Positions 1 through 12,395 are shown, counted from the stretch's first letter. The stretch: 64,000 nt of DNA from Arsenophonus sp. (GCA_052171275.1 CM125795.1:651557-715556); one strand, 5' to 3'. A program made the numbers and translations. Notes: generated by a model from the letters alone, not told the origin.

Positions 1-240
1 TCTAGCAGAAAGAGAGCTTATTTTTTTACCATTAAAAATAATATCACCGCTGGTTAATGTATCTAATCCACCTAATAAATGAAGTAGTGTACTTTTTCCA
101 GAACCTGAGTTACCTGAAATTGCTATCATTTCACTTTTATTGATAGAAAAAGAGATATTTTTAAGTATCTTAGTTAAGATTTTACCATCTTGATAAGATT
201 TAGAAAGGTTCTGACAAATTAATATGGGATTATTATTCAT
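1..240 (-). CDS. lolD: LolD lipoprotein-release ABC transporter ATPase, 5' part only (gene continues past the left edge)
   Basis: The reverse complement from ATG (238-240) reads [80 protein letters not shown]. This is colinear with the E. coli LolD N-terminus and includes the Walker A motif GxSGSGKST. The start overlaps the lolC stop by 8 nt, as expected in a lolCDE operon. It is absent from the ORF track because it is truncated by the window edge. Confidence 0.85.
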
Positions 241-1435
241 AACGTAAGATCTCTGCAGGTTGAATGGTAGCTGCACGCCAAGATGGATAAATGGTGGCTA
301 ATAATGAAATAATGATTGAAAATAAGGAAATTAATATAATATCGATATAATTAATAATTATCGGTAATTCTATACCTTTAGGTAATAAACCAAATATTGA
401 CATAATTATATTAAGTTTATTTGAAAAAAATAAACCAAATAATATTCCAATAATGGCACCAATAATACCATTTGATAAACCACATAACATAAAAATAGTC
501 ATAATTTGGCTTTGTTTTAAACCTAATGTATTTAAAATAGCTATTTCAGATTGTTTTTCCATGACTAATAATGAAAGTGAAGTAAAAATATTAAAAGCTG
601 AGCTAATAATAATAAGACTTAATAATAATCCCATCATATTTTTTTCAATTCTAACTGATTGAAAAAACTCACCTTTTTGTTCTCTCCAATCCTTCCATAT
701 CATACCTATTGGTAACGATTGTTTACTTAATTCATCAACTGCTAATGGTGCGTCAAGATAAAGACGCCAACCAGTAATATTACCGATAGGATAATTTAAT
801 AATCTTGCTGCATCATTCTGATTAATTAATAATTTGTTATTATCACTTTCACCATTAGTTAAAAAAACACCAACTACTGTGAATAAGCGTTGATTAGGTA
901 TTCTCCCAATAGGAGTAAGTTGAGTAACATTAGGGATAATTAATCTTAATTGATCACCTCGTTTTACCATTAATTGTTCAGCTAATTTTATACCTAAAAT
1001 AACATTATAACTACCAGCACTTAATGCTGAAGAATCAATATTCTGTAGATGATTTAATAAAGGCTCTATAGATACTTCGTTGACACCAATCATTATACCA
1101 ATCCCTACATTTTGTTTGCTTTGTAATATAACATCACTTTCAACAATTTGAGTAATATGATTAATTCCCTTTAGATAATTTAATTTTTTTTTTGGATACT
1201 GATTTGGGTTAAAATTACCTTTAAATGTAGTTAAAATAGCTTGTGGCATGTATGTCAAAATACTTTGTTGTAATGAATATTCAAAACCATTCATAAGAGA
1301 TGTAATAGTAATTAATGACATTACACCTAATACGATACCAATAGTAGATAAATATGATACGAACCGATAAAATCGATCGTTCGTTTGTATACGAATATAA
1401 CGTAAACTAATATAAAAAATAACAGACTGAAACAT
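233..1435 (-). CDS. lolC: LolC lipoprotein-release ABC transporter permease
   Basis: The 400-aa ORF is colinear end to end with E. coli LolC (LRYxR...DRFxRFVSxLSTIGIxLGVM..., [20 protein letters not shown]-terminal LYPSWRAAxxQPAExLRYE). It sits immediately upstream of lolD, which favours lolC over lolE. It contains an in-frame A10 run (1184-1193 on the plus strand). Confidence 0.9.
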
Positions 1436-1672
1436 GAAATAAGATATACCTTTTTATTATCAATAAAATAAAATATTTATTAATAATAAATGATAATATA
1501 ACCGAATAAAACTACCATAGATTAATGTTTATGTTTTTTATATCTACTTTAATAAATTAAATTACTTTTATTTTTTATAACTAATAAAAGAAGTATTATA
1601 ATCTTTATCAATAAAAAAATAATCAAATTATTATATCGAAAAAATATTTTTATTAATTATCAAAAAATAAAA

Positions 1673-2622
1673 ATGATATATATTATATCTAGGATACCTA
1701 ATTATATGCGCTATTGTTATTAAATATTCTAGTATTATTGATCGATATGCAGATTTTTTATTTTAATTTACTCAAGATATAAATCTTCCTTTAAAGTTGA
1801 GTAATGAAATAGATAAATTTTCTAGAAATTCAATAATGATGTTTTCAGATTGTAAAACATTACATTATGATAGTTTTTCATCGCATCAAAAATTATTTTA
1901 GATAGGTTAATTAATTTTTATTCTTTTCAATTTTACAGAAAGATTTGTTAATTCTTTCAGTTAATACATTAATACAAAAAGTTTGTCTTGCTAATTTTAT
2001 AATTAGAAATATATTCATTATCAATCATAAAGGAGAAGATGTTTCGTATGAAAAATTGCGTAAAAATCTTAATAATTGTGATTATAAATATGTTAAACAA
2101 GTGTTTCATCATGGTGAATATTATATTTATGGAGAAATTTTCGATATATTTCTAATTTATAGCATTGATCCTTATCATATCAACTTTATTAATAATAAAG
2201 TTGATAAATTAAGAATTTATGATGATGATAATAGTAAATTTATTAACAGTAAAGATAAGTAGATAAATTTATTGCTTACTCATGAATTTTCAGTATATGA
2301 CAAGGTTATTAAGTTATTTTGTAGTCAGCAGCTAGAATATCTTGATATAAGACGTAATCATAAATATATTTATAAACAAATTAGTAAAAAAATATTATCA
2401 TCAGCAATTGAATATTTGGCAATTATTTTTTTAATTTTCCATTATTTTCTTTGTTTAACTACTTTCATGTTAACACTTTTCTGATTAAGAAATATCTAGT
2501 ATTAGTTACAGATAAATTTTATATGAAATTTATAATCGATATAAAGATCGAAACATTGATTTTATACACGTCCATTATTTACAATATATAGGATTTTATT
2601 AAATAGTAAAGAACTTAATAAA
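1673..2622 (+). pseudogene. mfd: Eroded N-terminal third of mfd (UvrB-homology module D1a-D2-D1b and start of D3), with multiple stops and frameshifts
   Basis: Piecewise translation still aligns with E. coli Mfd residues ~1-330:
- ILVLLIDMQIFYFNLLKI* vs PVVLIAPDMQNALRLHDEI
- NEIDKFSRNSIMMFSDCKTLHYDSFSSHQKLF* vs DEISQFTDQMVMNLADWETLPYDSFSPHQDII
- track ORF 1945-2262 (LILSVNTLIQKVC...HHGEYYIYGEIFDIF...KVDKLRIYD) vs VLIVPVNTLMQRVC...EHGEYATRGALLDLF...EIDSLRVFD
- track ORF 2272-2484 (HEFSVYDKVIKLFCSQ...HKYIYKQISKK...IEY) vs HEFPTDKAAIELFRSQ...PEHIYQQVSKG...IEY

At least five in-frame stops or frame changes are visible. Total locus length (1673-5082, ~1136 codons) is close to E. coli Mfd (1148 aa). 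Confidence 0.75.
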
Positions 2623-5082
2623 ATGATTAAAATACATCATAGTATAAATATTTCTACTAAACAAATTGCTAAAAAAGCAGATAATATTAACCTATCATGC
2701 TTAGTCTTAGCTGATCTAAACATTAATTATAAAAATAAAGATTCGTTTAATAAATTACATCAATTTATCAAAAATTTTTCTGGCCGAATTGTTTTTTCAA
2801 CAAAAAATAAAACTTGTTGTAAGATATTAAAAGAAATTTTGAAAAGAATAGAAATAAATCCTATTTTTATTAAAACGCTTAATGAAGTTAATATATCAGG
2901 ATTTTATATTACTATTAATGTAAGTGAGCATAGTTTTATTAATTATGATCAGAAAATTGTTGTTATTTGTGAAAGTGAAATATTAGATAAGCGAATTATT
3001 AATAATGATATTATCAAAAATAATACTATTAATACCGATATTTTTATTAATAATTTAACAGATTTACAAATTAACGAACCAGTTGTTCATATTGAACATG
3101 GAATAGGTCGTTTCCAAGGATTAACTATCCTAGAAACTGGAGGTCTTAAAGCTGAATATTTGATTTTGACCTATGCAGATGATGATAAACTTTATGTTCC
3201 TATTTCTTCGTTAAATTTAATTAATCGTTACAATGGTATTGGTAATGAAAATGTATCTTTACATAAATTAGGTAATGAAGTTTGGGGTAAAGTGAAAAAA
3301 AAAGCCGCCGAAAAAATTAGCGATATTGCAGCCGAATTATTGGATGTTCATGCTCAGCGTAATATAAAATTTAGTTTTGCTTTTAAACACGATAAAATCA
3401 AATATCAGATTTTTTGTCAAGATTTTCCATTTAAAACAACGATTGATCAAGAAAAAGCAATTAATGATGTTTTAAATGATATGTGTAAACCAATTGCAAT
3501 GGATCGTTTAATTTGTGGTGATGTTGGTTTTGGAAAAACTGAAGTAGCTATGCGAGCTGCATTCTTGGCAATAAGCAATAATCAACAAGTTGTAATGTTA
3601 GTACCAACGACATTATTAGCACAACAACACTTTAATAATTTCCGAACTAGGTTTTCTAATTGGCCAGTGTGTATTGAAATGTTATCACGTTTTTGTAGTC
3701 TAAAAGAACAGAGATTGATTATTAACAAAGTGTCTGAAGGGAAAATAGGTATTTTAATAGGTACTCATAAAATACTGCAAAATAATATACATTGGAAAGC
3801 ACTTGGATTATTAATTATTGATGAAGAACACCGTTTTGGTGTTAAACAGAAGGAATTGATTAAATCAATACGAGTTAATATTGATGTTTTAACGTTAACT
3901 GCAACACCTATTCCTCGTACTATTAATATAGCAATGAATGGAATTCGTGATCTATCTATTATTTCTACTCCTCCTCCTTGTCGATTATCAGTTAAAACTT
4001 TTGTTTATCAATATGATGATTTAATTGTACGAGAAGCAATTTTATATGAGATATTACGAGGTGGACAAGTTTATTATTTATTTAATAATGTAAAATATAT
4101 TGAGAAAGCCAAAGAACGTTTAGAGTTATTAGTACCTGAAGCGCGTTTCATAATTGGACATGGTCAAATGCGTGAAAGAGATCTAGAACATGTAATGAGT
4201 GATTTTTATAATCAACATTTCAATGTATTAATTTGTACAACCATTATTGAGACTGGAATAGATATTCCTAGTGTTAATACAATTATTATTGAGCGTGCAG
4301 ATCATTTTGGTTTAGCACAATTACATCAATTACGCGGGAGAGTTGGTCGTTCTTATCATCAATCCTATGCTTATTTTTTAACGCCAAATCCAAAAATAAT
4401 GACAACTGATGCTCAAAAAAAACTTAAAGCTATCGCTATTCTAGGTGATCTTGGCATAGGCCTTTCATTAGCTATTCATGATCTAGAAATTCGCGGAGCC
4501 GGAGAATTGCTTGGTCAAGAACAGAGTGGGCAAATGGTCAACATAGGATTTCATCTTTATATGGAACTATTAGAAAACGCTGTTAAGGCTTTAAATAAAG
4601 GCAATAAACCTTCTTTGGAAGAACTAATCAGTAGACAACAGACTCAAATTGAATTAAAAATGCCAGTATTGCTGCCAGATAACTATATTCCAGACGTGAA
4701 TGTTAGATTGTATTTTTATAAAAAAATAGCAAGTGTTAAACATGAAAATGAACTGAATGAATTAAAAATTGAACTAATAGATCGATTTGGTAAATTACCA
4801 GATGCAGGAATACAGTTATTGCAATCTACTGCTATTAGGATACAAGCAGAAGAATTGAATATCAAACGAATAGAAGCTCATGAAAAAGGTGGTTTTATTA
4901 AATTTAACAAACAAAATAAAATAAACATTAATTTTATTATCACGTTACTAAAGAATTCACCAGATATTTATTGCTTAGATGGACCTGATAAATTAAAGTT
5001 TGTTAAACCATTAATAAAATATGCTGAAAGGCTTGCTTTTATAAAACAATTGATAGATGATTTCGAATTGCATCAAATATAA
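2623..5082 (+). CDS. mfd: Mfd transcription-repair coupling factor, N-terminally truncated open frame (D3 remnant, RNAP-interacting domain, translocase D5/D6, D7)
   Basis: The uninterrupted 819-codon ORF aligns with E. coli Mfd from residue ~335 to the C-terminus. It keeps the RID (EPVVHIEHGIGRFQGL...YLILTYADDDKLYVPISSL) and the helicase motifs GDVGFGKTEVAMRAAF, LVPTTLLAQQH, DEEHRFGV, TATPIPRT, TTIIETGIDIP and QLHQLRGRVGRS, plus HDLEIRGAGELLG. The true start codon is uncertain because there is no convincing SD before 2623. Confidence 0.85.
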   Translation: MIKIHHSINISTKQIAKKADNINLSCLVLADLNINYKNKDSFNKLHQFIKNFSGRIVFSTKNKTCCKILKEILKRIEINPIFIKTLNEVNISGFYITINVSEHSFINYDQKIVVICESEILDKRIINNDIIKNNTINTDIFINNLTDLQINEPVVHIEHGIGRFQGLTILETGGLKAEYLILTYADDDKLYVPISSLNLINRYNGIGNENVSLHKLGNEVWGKVKKKAAEKISDIAAELLDVHAQRNIKFSFAFKHDKIKYQIFCQDFPFKTTIDQEKAINDVLNDMCKPIAMDRLICGDVGFGKTEVAMRAAFLAISNNQQVVMLVPTTLLAQQHFNNFRTRFSNWPVCIEMLSRFCSLKEQRLIINKVSEGKIGILIGTHKILQNNIHWKALGLLIIDEEHRFGVKQKELIKSIRVNIDVLTLTATPIPRTINIAMNGIRDLSIISTPPPCRLSVKTFVYQYDDLIVREAILYEILRGGQVYYLFNNVKYIEKAKERLELLVPEARFIIGHGQMRERDLEHVMSDFYNQHFNVLICTTIIETGIDIPSVNTIIIERADHFGLAQLHQLRGRVGRSYHQSYAYFLTPNPKIMTTDAQKKLKAIAILGDLGIGLSLAIHDLEIRGAGELLGQEQSGQMVNIGFHLYMELLENAVKALNKGNKPSLEELISRQQTQIELKMPVLLPDNYIPDVNVRLYFYKKIASVKHENELNELKIELIDRFGKLPDAGIQLLQSTAIRIQAEELNIKRIEAHEKGGFIKFNKQNKININFIITLLKNSPDIYCLDGPDKLKFVKPLIKYAERLAFIKQLIDDFELHQI

Positions 5083-8000
5083 ATTAATTATTTCTTTTTA
5101 AAATTTAAAAGGTGAGATTATCAATATTAAATCTTCTGCTATTAATGTTAATTATTATAAATTAATATAATTTTAATATAAGTATGAATAAATATGATTT
5201 TTAATATCGATTAATATCATATATTTTGATTTTAATATAATCATATAATATGAACTTATCTATTTTTTAATAAAATAAACGATGGACGATTGCGTGTAAG
5301 ATATTTTCTTTTTTAACAAAAGATATCTCTTTGACTTATACACCAAAGTATTAATTATTTAGTAAATTATTATAAAAAATAATAAAATTAATAAACTATG
5401 ATTCATATAAAAATATTTATTTAGTTTTATATATTAAAATATAAGGAATACACAATGATATTTTATGATAATACTAAGAATAATTATAACTATTTTATGT
5501 GTAGTTTATAACTTTATGGTATATGAATATGATAATTTATTATTGGTTACTCTATTAATAAATTTATTAATTTAATAAATTAAAATAGTTTTAATATTAT
5601 TTCTTTAAATCTATAAAGATAGTAGTTATTTTTAAATTCTTATACTGAGATTATTAACGGTTAATATATAGTTACTATTATATTATTTGTATTAAAAGTG
5701 AAAATATTTAATTTTTTTAAATTAGTTTTTTTACTAAAACTTAAAAAAGTATTTTATATCAGAAAATTCAATAAGATATGTTACCTTATTTGTATAATAT
5801 ACATATGAAAGTATTTTTATTTAAATTATTTAAGACTTATAATTTAGTTTGATTAATAGATTATATTATAAAGTTGGTAAATAGTTTTATTAACTATAAT
5901 TTTAATACTATTATTCTACTTTAGTAATAATTATTAATTTTAATCTGATTTTTATTATATTTATTGAAAAGTAATAAATAGATAAATTTATATGATTGCT
6001 AATTCAATTAAGTCTATGGTTCTCTGAAGGTTATTTTTATAAATTATTATCATATATACGATAATAGAAATGCGAAAATTGTTGTAATACTTCTCTTAAT
6101 ACTATATATTAAAATATCAAAATTTAGATATAGTTAATAAACTAATAATTAATTTATTATCTTATTTATCTAGAATCGTAACATTTTATGTTAAATTAAA
6201 TTAATTAATAGATTTAATTTAATATAAATAATTAAATTCTTAATATCTTTATTTAAAATCTATAAATTAACTTAATATGATAGAAATTTCATAATAGTTT
6301 ATTATAATTAATATAATTTATAACTATATTATTATATCATAATATAGTTATAAGTTTTAACTATTCTCTTAAGTACGCACTAAGAGTAATAAAATAATAA
6401 TTTTTGTTTATTATTAAGCATAGCTATTATCTTAATATAAGTTAATTCTTAATTATTTAATTAAATTTAATTATTAATTTCAAATATAAAAATTTTAAAG
6501 AATTTTTCTGAATTCATGTAATAATTTAGTTAAAAACTTTATTATATATTTTTAAAAAAAATTAGATATTTTATAGTATAATTTTTTAAAATAAATAAAA
6601 ATATACATTCTATTAGAATTAATTAAAAGTAATTATTTATTTTTTTATTTATTATTTAATGATATTAATATAGCTATTCTAATACTATGTACTATATTTT
6701 AGTATTGAATATAATAATATTGATTAATTAAGTCAATATTTTGATATTTCGATTTATGATAGAATACAGTAATAAAATTAATTAAAACATAAAGTTATTT
6801 ATTATTAATTATTTAATATCAAGAATAATTTCTTGTTCTAATGAGAATATTTTAATATTAATTATTTGTAAATAAATGAGTTGGATAAAAAAATATAAGT
6901 ATATTAAAGTAAAAATTCAATATTATTAGTTATAATTGATAATTTATGATTATTTTTATAATATTAAAAATAATATATATTATTAATAATAATTTAACAT
7001 ATCAATTATAAGATAATATCATAAGATAATATTATTAAATCTTATTCTTTTAAGGATATTATATTTTCATTTTCTGTTATACGAATGTAATCGCTATTAT
7101 CAAGTAAAATATTCTTATCAACTTTAATTGTTATAAACATAATCACGATTTCTTTTTTATAATATAATATCTATTATCGAGATTGATTATTATATTATTA
7201 TGATTGATATGAAGTAAATTATCATAATTTATGCTAATTTATAGAATACATAAAATATTATTTTTATTATTGATATTTTAATTAGCTTAAATTCTATAAT
7301 TTAGTTTAATTTTGTATAAAATTATTTAAAAATTTTTAATGATCTTTATGATTAATAAGTATATTTATTTTTAATTACTATAATTATGTAAATTTTATTT
7401 TAAATATGTTATATTTTTAATGTGATAAATGATTTTTTATTTAAAAGAAATAATATAACAACTATGTTTTTTTAAAATAAATCAAATATTTTATTAATAT
7501 AATTTAATATAATTAAATTATAGATTATATGATATATATACTTATTAAGTAGATATAAATATTTTATTTATTATAATTAAATAATTATTAAATTTATTTT
7601 AAATAATTAAAATAATAACTACAAATATTAATTTTATGTTAATATAGAATTAATCTTTTAATATATTAATATAAAATAGATATATAAAATATAAATAATT
7701 ATTAATTATATAATATATATATTTATGATGTTATTAATAACTAAATTTATTTAACTTTTATTAAATTAATATTATTAAATAACATAGAAAATAATTTATA
7801 AATATCTTTTGATAAATAATGATACTAATATAAAGCAATTTTCTTAGTTAATTTTATTATCATTTAATTAGTAATAAAAAATAAAGTAATAAGCATTACT
7901 ATTATTTTCTAAATTATCTTATGGAAAATATTTAGATTCAATTATTTAAGAAAAATTAAATTTTTTTTAATATACTAATACTTATTAGTATATATTTTTA

Positions 8001-11000
8001 TTTAAATTATTTATTTTTTTTAATTTATTAAATATAAATAATATTATTTTTTAATTTTTATCTGCTTTTGAAACAAATAATTTTATTATAATTTAGATGA
8101 TAATCTTATTTTATGTTTTAAAAAAAATAATATGGATTCTTAATATATATTAATTTGATATTTTTTATAATTTCTATTATTATATTTTTAGTTTAACTAT
8201 ATTTATAATATATCTTATTAAAATTTTATAATGTAAATCATCAATAAATATAATAATATATAAAATTTTTTAAATTAGAAAAAAAGTTTTAGTTGTTAAT
8301 TAATATTATATATATAATATTTTCTTAATTATTTATAATTTAATATTATTAAATTTCTATTTAACAATTATTTTATGGCTATAAAGTATTTTATTATAAA
8401 GTTTTTACTATTTTTAAAGTAAAAATATCATAAATTATTTATAATAAATTTATAATATAATAAAATATTTTTAAAATAGCTATTCTAAATATTATTATAT
8501 TTAGAATAGCTAAATGATTGATTTTATATTATAAAGAATATTTATTTAAATTTTTTTGTTTGTTAAATAAATAATGCTTATTACTAGCAATGATTGTTTA
8601 TTTATATTTACTATTATTATTAATACTTACGATAAATATTAAGATATAATATAAATTATTATATTTAATAATTAAATTTACTATAATATATTATTATTTC
8701 TCATGAAATTATAATATATTATAATGATAGTTATTTATCTAAAAAATTAAAAATTTTAATCAAATGATAGAAAATATTATAATTCTCTTATATTGAATAA
8801 TATATATGTAGTTGTCAAAAATAGTTATTTTATATCTAACAGCTTTTATTAAAAATATATAAAAATAATAGAATAATACTTTTAAATATTTATAAAATAT
8901 TATTATTATAATGTAAACTAAGTTCATATTTTTATATAAAAGATTAATTATTAATTAAATTTAATTTATTATAATAGTTATATTAATAATATTATTATTT
9001 TAAATTAATTAATATTATTTATTTTAATATTTATAATAATTATACTATATAATATATATGATAAAATTTTTAATATATATTCTATAAATATAAAATTTTA
9101 ATATATCAGGATTATAATATTAATATATTTTAATATTTTATTTATTAAATGATATAATGAATTATTAACAAAAAATTAATTTTAATATTACTATGATTTT
9201 TAATATAAAATTAATATTTTTTATATTATGAATATATCTTTATATGAATTTTAAATTTTTATAAAAATAATTTTTTATATAATTTGATTAAATAGAATTA
9301 TAATTTCTATATAATTAAAATAGAAATAAATATAATAAATATTTATATTTATCATGTAAAATATGTTTTTAAAGTTAAAAAAAATAATTATTATTTTTAG
9401 AAAAATTATTATTCTTATAATTAATATATTTATTTAAATGTAAATAATGAGTTATTATATATTTTATATAAATACATTTTATAAAACAATAACAAAGATA
9501 AATATCTTTAATATTTAATATAATATATATTTAAAATATATTATTATTTTTATTTTAATTTATTATTTATTTTTATAAATGAAATAGATATAAATTATTA
9601 TTTTAAAATGAATTTAATTAAATAATATATTTTATTTTAATATATATATTATATAATGCGATTATTAATATTTTTAAATCAAAATAATTACTTTAAAAAT
9701 ATTTTATATTAATAACAGAATTTTTAATTATTTATTGAAAACATATTTTTAAAATATAAAAATTTTATTTTTATTATAAACTTATAGAGTATTTAATTTT
9801 TTAAAATAATTATTTTATATACAAAATAATTATTTTTGCTTAAAATTATCTGTTTATTTTTTATAAACATATAATTTTCTTATTATTTGAAGATTTTATA
9901 TCATATTTTTAATAAAAAACTATAAAGTTTATCATTAATTATTTAATATAATCTATATTATATATAGATTAAAATATATATTAGATTAAATTATAAATTT
10001 AATAGAATTTATTATATTAATATTATTAATAATTCTATTTAACTTAATAATTAATATGATATGTATAATAACATTGATATAATTTATTATATATAATTTT
10101 TAAAATAAAAAATAATAAATTATTTATTATATTAAATAATTTATTATTAATAAAAGTATTTAAATTAAATTTTTCTAAATATAGATTTAGACTTATCTTT
10201 ATAAGATAAAGAAAAGAATTAAAACAAAATTTATTATCTTATTATTGTAACAAGAAATAATTATTTTGATAAAAATATTTATACGTATAATGATAAAGAT
10301 ATGGTATTTATTATATATTATTTTATAAATAATTAATATATAAAGTGAATATTAATTATTGCTTATATACATGCTATTTACCTATGTGTTTATATTGATA
10401 TTTTTATGTTATTTATACTCGATATCATAAAAATGACAAAATATTATCATATTGTAGAACATAATTATTATGGATATGACTATTTATTAACTAATAAATA
10501 AATACTAATATATTAATTATTAATTTTATATAAATTAAAGATCAATTTTTATATTGAGATCAATAAGAATTTTTTTTGGATAAAATAACTAAAATCTTCT
10601 TATAATATCTATTGTAACAATAGTTATTATACTATCATTAATTCATATTTTTATATGAATTATTATTAATTGTTAATTGATTATAAAAGTAATTGCTATT
10701 ATTTTCATAATAAAGTAAGATGTATATCTTAATAAGATATTATTAAAATTACCATAATAATGAATATAAAAGTTATTTTTTTTTGAAAAAAATCTATAGC
10801 TAATTCTAATATAATTATATCAAATATGAAATAATAAAATGAAATTAATATTTATATTTATATAAAATTTCTTTTATGTTATTAACATATTTTTCTGTAA
10901 TTTAACTATTGTATATTAATTGTTATGAGAACAGAAAGAAATTTTGAATTTATTTTTATTAAATTAACTCTATTATTTTATATTACTAATTAATATATTA

Positions 11001-11674
11001 ATTGACTAAAATAGAGTATAATACAATTTTTAATTAAATTATTTTTATCTATTTTCAAATTGTTTATAATAATTTAAAGTTTTGAAAAATAAAAAATTAA
11101 AATTATCAAAATTTTTAAAATTTAATAATTTAAAATCAATAGGAATATATTCTATTATAAATAATGATATATAAAATATTTTATTACTTCTATTTTTCTT
11201 AAAATATTAAAAACAATATATATTTAATAAATAAAAATTTATAATTTAGTTTAGATTAATATTATCTACTGAATAATATTATTTAACTAGTAATGGTAAT
11301 AGAAATAGTTTATATAAATTCAATGAATATAGTATGTAGATTAATTGCTTAATATAATTAAAAGAATAAGCATGAACAATATAAGAATAATTTCTTATCT
11401 ATTTATATCAATAGATAAGAAATTATTCTTAATAAAAAATACTTATGAACAGAGAAGTAAACCTAATTAAAATCGTTGTAATTATTTTTGTTATTTTGGT
11501 TAATATTTAATAAGTTTAGATATATTTTAATAAAATATGTAATTAATTTAATATCTAAGTTTGCTTTATAATTAAAAACTTATATAGATTAATAATCTTA
11601 ATAATAAAATTAATTTGTTATTAATGTGTTTATTATTATTTTAAATTTATGTTTTATAAAAATAAAGAATATTT
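5083..11674. other. A/T-saturated non-coding tract (gene desert) where E. coli carries ldtC-bhsA-comR-ycfJ-ndh-ycfP-nagZ-thiK
   Basis: There is no ORF of 60 aa or more on either strand in 6.6 kb. G/C bases are sparse and scattered. The flanking genes mfd and lpoB are in E. coli order, so the tract most likely holds fully eroded remains of the intervening genes. I found only weak, unverifiable residue matches. Confidence 0.6.
11382..11431. repeat. Perfect inverted repeat, 22-bp arms, 6-nt spacer
   Basis: The sequence is taagaataatttcttatctatt / tatatc / aatagataagaaattattctta. I checked every pair by hand and found no mismatch. It lies ~245 nt beyond the 3' end of lpoB. Confidence 0.9.
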
Positions 11675-12250
11675 TTATTCAATGTTATTTGCTCCAGACC
11701 AAAGAATCTCTCCAGTTCTAGATTTCATTAACTGCATTTCAATTTTACTATGTTTTTGATTATTTGAAATAATACTATATAGAACATAATCAGCTTGTAA
11801 ATAACGACTTAAAGCAATAGCTTTACTTCTGGTCACTAAATTATCTTCCTGAGATAAACCTAAAGCTTTACGGGCATTTTCTACTAGATTTTTTGGTACT
11901 AATTTGAATATATTTTGATTATTAATTACGTTAATAATGAAATCAATAATTTGTGTTGATTGAATTGATATGTTAGTGTTGTTATTAATTGAATTAATTA
12001 ATAATATCTCTCTTAACTTTACAACATTAGCTTCTACTAATCCTTTAACTAGAGAAGTAATAGGTGTTAACAAATCTATTTTTTTTATTTTTGGAAGCCG
12101 AGGTACAATATCTAAAGATGTTGATGTTATTAATTGTTCATTTGTGTTATCAGGTTTTAATATAATAACAGGTACTATTTTTTTTTTATATATTGATGAG
12201 CAACCAGTTAATATAAGCACTATAATTATAAATTGAAAAATATATCTCAT
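11675..12250 (-). CDS. lpoB: LpoB, outer-membrane lipoprotein activator of PBP1B
   Basis: The 191-aa ORF has a signal peptide and lipobox (LILTGC|SS). Its C-terminal domain is colinear with E. coli LpoB (LLINSINNNTN... vs LLVDSVNNRTN; LGLSQEDNLVTRSKAIALSRYLQADYVLYS vs LGLSPQDSLGTRSKAIGIARNVGAHYVLYS; MQLMKSRTGEILWSG vs MQLMLVQTGEIIWSG). It is syntenic with hinT and contains an in-frame A10 run (12178-12187). Confidence 0.85.
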   Translation of the reverse strand: MRYIFQFIIIVLILTGCSSIYKKKIVPVIILKPDNTNEQLITSTSLDIVPRLPKIKKIDLLTPITSLVKGLVEANVVKLREILLINSINNNTNISIQSTQIIDFIINVINNQNIFKLVPKNLVENARKALGLSQEDNLVTRSKAIALSRYLQADYVLYSIISNNQKHSKIEMQLMKSRTGEILWSGANNIE

Positions 12251-12395
12251 TTATTTTTCCAATATTTACATTTAAATTTTAAAATAAATTTAAATATTAA
12301 AATTTAATATAAGATATTAAATATAAATTATATTATAGTCAAAATTAAATAAAAAATTATTTTTATTTTTTAATCTTAAATTACGAAATAACTAT

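Noticed and set aside
453-662. Short track ORFs overlapping real genes on the opposite strand or in another frame: 453-662, 11970-12236, 13883-14074, 14460-14702, 15459-15728, 26223-26414, 27158-27343, 27357-27641, 27695-27886, 30486-30785 and 30616-30813.
   Set aside because: Each is embedded in a gene with strong homology (lolC, lpoB, holB, tmk/holB, mltG, rne, sbcB). None has a recognisable motif, SD or homology, so I treat them as frame or strand shadows.
1945-2484. Track ORFs 1945-2262 (105 aa) and 2272-2484 (70 aa) as independent small genes.
   Set aside because: Both align colinearly to consecutive parts of the Mfd N-terminal module. They are fragments of the decayed 5' part of mfd, not separate genes.
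7081-7160. A possible NagZ C-terminal ghost on the minus strand (MFITIKVDKNILLDNSDYIR vs [22 protein letters not shown]).
   Set aside because: It is a single short, gapped match in low-complexity sequence. Its position is also ~2.5 kb further from lpoB than synteny predicts, so it cannot be supported without a translated profile search.
7842-7864. A dispersed ~21-nt near-identical word (aaagcaattt(t)cttagttaatt) shared by 7842-7864 and 55133-55155. I also saw other short direct repeats: ataagataatat x2 at 7009-7034, tttttatctaatata at 37815 and 37905, and aatatatctctata at 44398 and 44669.
   Set aside because: At this base composition the per-position match probability is ~0.4. With ~10^9 position pairs, several chance 20-mers are expected by my rough estimate. 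The flanks do not extend the similarity, so this is not evidence for a repeat family or CRISPR.
10901-10940. A dif-like XerCD site (atttaac...tgtatatta...).
   Set aside because: Only the first 7 nt and a generic A/T core resemble the E. coli dif consensus. The conserved GCGCA arm is absent.
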